64,000 bases of DNA from a virus, in the IMG/VR virus record IMGVR_UViG_3300033485_000001, positions 32,001-96,000 of that record. One strand, written 5' to 3'. This document shows positions 60,222 to 64,000 of this stretch, one piece after another (position 1 is the first letter of the stretch; each line of letters begins with the position of its first letter). The notes under the pieces were generated by a model. That model was given only the letters and a program-made list of their open reading frames with translations. It was not told the origin of the DNA and made no database searches. The position numbers and the translations under genes are program-made.

Positions 60222-62909
60222 ATGCCTCTTCCGCACAGCATCAACATCACCAGTGGCGGCACTGGTCTTGACGTCGGTGAGATGTTCTACGGCTGCCAGC
60301 GCGACGCTGTTGATGGCCCTCCCGGTTCTGGATCACGCGGGCTCTCTCCCGGCGAGGATGCGCTCTCCAAGAACTTCAACCGCTCCGCCTTCGCGCTCGC
60401 CGAGAACGACGAGTACCTTGGCGACATCATCGCCAAGAAGGCGTTCGCCGTTGCGGAGGTCGGCGCCCTGGCTGCGTTCACAGGCAACCAGATCTCCATC
60501 GATCCGACAGGTGGAATGGCGGGTGACATCAACTTCACCGGCACGGTCTACATGGGAGACCTCGGCTGGCCCAACGATCAGGAGAGCCGCGACACCCTGT
60601 TCCAGGTCCTCGACGAGAACTACAACGAGGTGCTCGTCGACGGCGTGGAGGTGAAGGTCACCGGCTTCACGGGCGGCCATGTGGTCGGCGAAGGCTTCGT
60701 GGCGGTCATGTTCTCCCTCGGTCTCAACAAGACCCTGCCGAGCGGGGACTACCGGATCGGATACAGCAGGGGCACCACCTTCGAGGATATGCCGGCCTAC
60801 GCGATGATCAGGGCGGACATCCGTGGTCTGCACGAGGCTCCGGGAGAGGCGGCCAGGCCGTCCATCTACGTCCTCGATCCTTCGGCTGCGCCCACGCGGC
60901 TTGCGGACTTCTGGGGTCCGACGTGTCTCCAGGATGCCTTGGACGCGATCGGACACGGAGACATCACTCTCTTCCTGCGTTCAGGAGCGTACACCGTCCA
61001 CGCCCACGGGCTGGTCGGCACCGAGCTCACCATCAGCTACGACCGGGTCACGCTCGTGGGTGAGGGTCGGGGTGGTGTGGACCTACAGCTCCGGCCAGGT
61101 CACGATTTGAACGTCACCGGAGACCACCTCTCACTTCAAAAGGTGAAGGTCACAGGAGATGTTGGTGGTGGTGCGGTCCTCAACTACACCGACTACGCCC
61201 CGTCGATGATCGACGTGGACCTGGTCGATCTCAAGCTCGTGATGGACATGACAGGTCCCGGTAACCTGGACGCCTACCTCTGCAACGTCAAGCAGTCGGG
61301 ATCCCAGTCCAGAGGGGCCTACTTCCATCACATCAACTCGGGTGGCATCGTCGCGATCGACTGCACCTTCACGTCCTACATCACGGGCCACAACGCATTG
61401 GAGCTCTACAACATCCAGGCCACCAGCGACTTCACGAACTGTTACATCGTCGAGGCCGGCGCGATCCCAGTGATCGCTGATGGCTTGTCGATCAGGGATT
61501 GCATCTGGACGCGCTTCTCCAACTGCTACATCGGGACCTTGGGGGACGGCGTCGCACTGCGGTACGGGGATGGGCTCGCGACCCACCTGCTGGTTTGGGT
61601 CGACTTCGACAACTGTGAGTTCGCTGCATACACGGGCGTGGTCGCAACCGGCGACGGCACGCCCCAGAATGTCAGGATGCGCTTCGGGAACTGCAAGTTC
61701 AGGAGCGTGGAGGCTGTTACCCGGTACAACGGGAAGATGTGCGACTTCTCGGCGATCGAGTATGAGGGGGCGGCGGGGGTCCAGCCCGCAGAGCGCGGGA
61801 TCACCCTGGACAACTGCACGTTCTACGACAGAGCCTGCAAGATGCTGGACGATGCTGGGGCGGCTGCCGGCCCAGCGATCCTGTTCAGGAACTGCCGTGG
61901 CCTCGGGATTGCGGTGGACCGTACCCAGGCGGTCGACTTCCGATGCAATGGCCCGCTCATCGAGATGCACCTGTCGGAGATCGACACTCTCGACGTGCAG
62001 GAGGACTACACCAACCTTCAGGCTGTGGAGTTCGGCGGCACAGGAAGGATCGCAATCCTCGAGGGTTCGACGCTGCGGAACGTGACGGTGTCCAAGCTGC
62101 GGGGGTTGTGGACCTACCCGCTGTTTTACTTGCGGGGCGCGTACAGGACGACTCCCAATCTGGGTGCCCGAGCTGTTCTCGATACGGCTGTGGTATCTAT
62201 CCTGACGGGTCAGACCTGGTATCAGCCGGGCCTGAGCGACAACGGCCTGGTCGCCCTGCTGGCTGAGAACGCTCGGGTCGAGCACGTGAACGTGCCCGAA
62301 GATGTGGCGCTCAGCGCGGCATCCTCGACGCAGGCTTTGATCAACGTCGAGGGTGATCACTGCGAGGTCGTGGACAACGATCTGCGTCCGGCTTCCGGGA
62401 GGCTCCTCTACCACATCAGGGTGCGAGGGAACGAGAACATGAATGTCCGCGTCATGCGGAATACGATCATCTGGGTCGATGCTGGGTGGGCCAGGGGAGG
62501 AACTGCGGCGATCTACGTCACTGGTAGGGGAGGTGGCTACTCCAGGCACGGGCTGATCCGTGAGAACTTCATCTTCTACTTCACCGACATGTCTCGGGAC
62601 GCGGATCTCCCCGCGCAGACCCACAAGGTCATCTACCTGGACCTGAAGGCGGTCTGCTGGATCGTCGCCGATAACAACATCATCACATGCTGTCAGGGCG
62701 GCGCGGGCGGCGAATTCGTAATCGTGATCCAGGAGCCGGCCTACGGGACCAACCTCGTCCCCGGCGGCGGGAACAACTGCGTGGGGAACACGATCAAGGA
62801 TATCGTCAACCTGAACACGCCGGACATCGGCGACTGCAACCCGGCAGGTTCGATTCCGGTCATTACTGCGGGTGACCCGACCAACACCCTCATCAGAGGA
62901 GGCGTATGA
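60222..62909 (+). CDS. Tailspike with parallel beta-helix (pectin lyase-like), putative depolymerase
   Basis: LQDALDAI, LFLRSGAY, VTLVGEG, repeated V.F.NC.F / I.NN.I strands. Confidence 0.75.
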   Translation: MPLPHSINITSGGTGLDVGEMFYGCQRDAVDGPPGSGSRGLSPGEDALSKNFNRSAFALAENDEYLGDIIAKKAFAVAEVGALAAFTGNQISIDPTGGMAGDINFTGTVYMGDLGWPNDQESRDTLFQVLDENYNEVLVDGVEVKVTGFTGGHVVGEGFVAVMFSLGLNKTLPSGDYRIGYSRGTTFEDMPAYAMIRADIRGLHEAPGEAARPSIYVLDPSAAPTRLADFWGPTCLQDALDAIGHGDITLFLRSGAYTVHAHGLVGTELTISYDRVTLVGEGRGGVDLQLRPGHDLNVTGDHLSLQKVKVTGDVGGGAVLNYTDYAPSMIDVDLVDLKLVMDMTGPGNLDAYLCNVKQSGSQSRGAYFHHINSGGIVAIDCTFTSYITGHNALELYNIQATSDFTNCYIVEAGAIPVIADGLSIRDCIWTRFSNCYIGTLGDGVALRYGDGLATHLLVWVDFDNCEFAAYTGVVATGDGTPQNVRMRFGNCKFRSVEAVTRYNGKMCDFSAIEYEGAAGVQPAERGITLDNCTFYDRACKMLDDAGAAAGPAILFRNCRGLGIAVDRTQAVDFRCNGPLIEMHLSEIDTLDVQEDYTNLQAVEFGGTGRIAILEGSTLRNVTVSKLRGLWTYPLFYLRGAYRTTPNLGARAVLDTAVVSILTGQTWYQPGLSDNGLVALLAENARVEHVNVPEDVALSAASSTQALINVEGDHCEVVDNDLRPASGRLLYHIRVRGNENMNVRVMRNTIIWVDAGWARGGTAAIYVTGRGGGYSRHGLIRENFIFYFTDMSRDADLPAQTHKVIYLDLKAVCWIVADNNIITCCQGGAGGEFVIVIQEPAYGTNLVPGGGNNCVGNTIKDIVNLNTPDIGDCNPAGSIPVITAGDPTNTLIRGGV

Positions 62910-63310
62910 TGGATCAGCTTCTCGACATCGTCCTCTCCGTTGCCTTCGTTGGCATCGCGGTCATCATCGCCCTGCTGATGCTCCTGTTCAACAAGGTGGG
63001 GGCGTGGCTCTGGTCCATGAAGAAGCCGTGGATCAGAAAGGTCATGAAGGCACTGCACGTCGCTACCCCCGTGCTGCCCAGCATCTGGGGTGCTGCGCTC
63101 GGAGCCATCCCGTGGTGGCCGGTGCCAGAACCCTTCGCCGACCTGGATCCAACGAAGAAGCTCTGGCTCATGATCGTGCTGGGTCTCATCGCCGGTTCGG
63201 TGTGGGAGCGTGTCTGGAAGACATTCAAGCAGGGTCTCGAGACAAGAGGTATCAAGATCGATCTCGACGAGACTCCGACCAGTCAGACCGGAAAGAAGCC
63301 AGAGGAGTGA
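62906..63310 (+). CDS. Putative holin (about 3 TM segments)
   Basis: Hydrophobic segments with charged C-terminus; follows the tailspike. Confidence 0.6.
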   Translation: MMDQLLDIVLSVAFVGIAVIIALLMLLFNKVGAWLWSMKKPWIRKVMKALHVATPVLPSIWGAALGAIPWWPVPEPFADLDPTKKLWLMIVLGLIAGSVWERVWKTFKQGLETRGIKIDLDETPTSQTGKKPEE

Positions 63311-63311
63311 C

Positions 63312-63647
63312 GTGATCATCTTCCTCAAGAAGGCGTGGGCCTGGATCAAGAAGTACTGGAAGTGGATCCTGTTCCCTGTCGGCATCCTGGTCGCTATCAT
63401 TGGATATGTGGCTGGGAGGTCGGCGCGGAAGACGGTTCCCCCTGCGCCTCCGGACCTCGGGAAGGCCGGCGAGGATGCTCTGAAGGACACCATCGCCGCC
63501 AACGAGGAGCGTGATAGGAAGCTCGAGGAGCTCAGGCAGAAGCATCAGGCGCGGCTTGAGTCTCTCAGTGCGGAGCAGCAGAAGGAGCTCGACGAGCTCC
63601 AGGACAAGCCTCTGGAGGAGGTGGTGTCGTGGTTCAACAGGATCTGA
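63312..63647 (+). CDS. i-spanin-like membrane protein
   Basis: GTG 63312; N-terminal TM WILFPVGILVAIIGYVAG, then Pro linker and coiled coil. Confidence 0.55.
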   Translation: MIIFLKKAWAWIKKYWKWILFPVGILVAIIGYVAGRSARKTVPPAPPDLGKAGEDALKDTIAANEERDRKLEELRQKHQARLESLSAEQQKELDELQDKPLEEVVSWFNRI

Positions 63648-64000
63648 TCAGTTTCATCTCGTTCAGCGACGAGCTTCAGAAGATCGCGATGACCCTTCCT
63701 GGATCCCTGGCCGGAGCCGGAGCTGGAGCACTTCTCGGCGCAGGCATCGGAGCAGCCACGGCTGGGAAGGATGCTCGCAGCCACGGCGCTCTCCGAGGGG
63801 CCTTCTTCGGTGCGTCCACAGGCGCCCTGTCGGCAGGTCTGAAGTCCGCTCGGATCAGGGCGGCTCTGGCGCAGAGGGGCATCCACGCCGACACCCTCAA
63901 GCAGGTCATGAAGAGCCCGGCCACGAAGAAGGCTGTGGTGGACGAGCTCAAGCGCATCGGTCACGAGGGCGGGCTCTCCGCCGGTCTCGGTCTGGGTCTC
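63629..64000 (+). CDS. Gly/Ala-rich amphipathic protein with FSDELQKIA motif, 3'-truncated (not in ORF track)
   Basis: GTG 63629 with GGAGGAGG SD; MVQQDLISFISFSDELQKIAMTLPGSLAGAGAGALLGAGIGAA... open to the window end. Confidence 0.75.
   Translation, partial: MVQQDLISFISFSDELQKIAMTLPGSLAGAGAGALLGAGIGAATAGKDARSHGALRGAFFGASTGALSAGLKSARIRAALAQRGIHADTLKQVMKSPATKKAVVDELKRIGHEGGLSAGLGLGL

Larger units (their letters stand above)
1..64000. other. Segment of a large myovirus-type (contractile tail) bacteriophage genome
   Basis: Tape measure, frameshifted tail chaperone, baseplate J/wedge-like proteins, tail fibres, endolysins, ThyX, GroES and sigma factor; dense, mostly + strand operons; no bacterial housekeeping operons. 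Confidence 0.93.

Noticed and set aside
1-64000. CRISPR array, tRNA, rRNA, transposase/IS
   Set aside because: No regularly spaced repeats, cloverleafs or transposase motifs were seen; intergenic spaces are too short.
1-64000. Stop-codon reassignment
   Set aside because: Known proteins (ThyX, RNase HII, GroES, ligases, sigma) are full length in the standard code, and all three stop codons terminate genes.

Overview
The window is a 64-kb segment of a large, GC-rich (roughly 60-65% by eye), contractile-tailed dsDNA phage. Capsid, portal, terminase, sheath, tube and DNA polymerase genes are not visible, so the genome is probably much larger (jumbo-phage-like; inference). Bases 1-22.2 kb hold nucleotide metabolism, repair, chaperone and small accessory genes: dCMP deaminase, ThyX, J-domain protein, SSB, amidase, lytic transglycosylase, RNase HII, tail assembly chaperone with a -1 frameshift, GroES and an ATP-dependent ligase. 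They are punctuated by a repeated GGTATAAG(ATC/GG) promoter-like motif. Bases 22.3-64 kb are a tail/baseplate module: tape measure, hub, fibres, gamma-PGA hydrolase, baseplate wedge/J-like proteins, a beta-helix tailspike, and holin- and spanin-like genes. A phosphoesterase-ligase polyprotein and a sigma factor are embedded in this module. The main leads are: (i) a shared F-I-x-F-x-D-E-L-x-K-x-A / K-x-A motif that may mark a sigma factor, a repair ligase and small amphipathic proteins as processed virion cargo; (ii) a family of structured RNAs/leaders directly behind the TATAAG promoters, one ORF-less and one carrying two copies of the 16S anti-Shine-Dalgarno sequence; (iii) an AT-rich nested palindrome in front of a catalytically dead LAGLIDADG-like protein. 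No CRISPR array, tRNA, rRNA, transposase or reverse transcriptase was seen. All product calls come from motif recognition by eye, not database searches.
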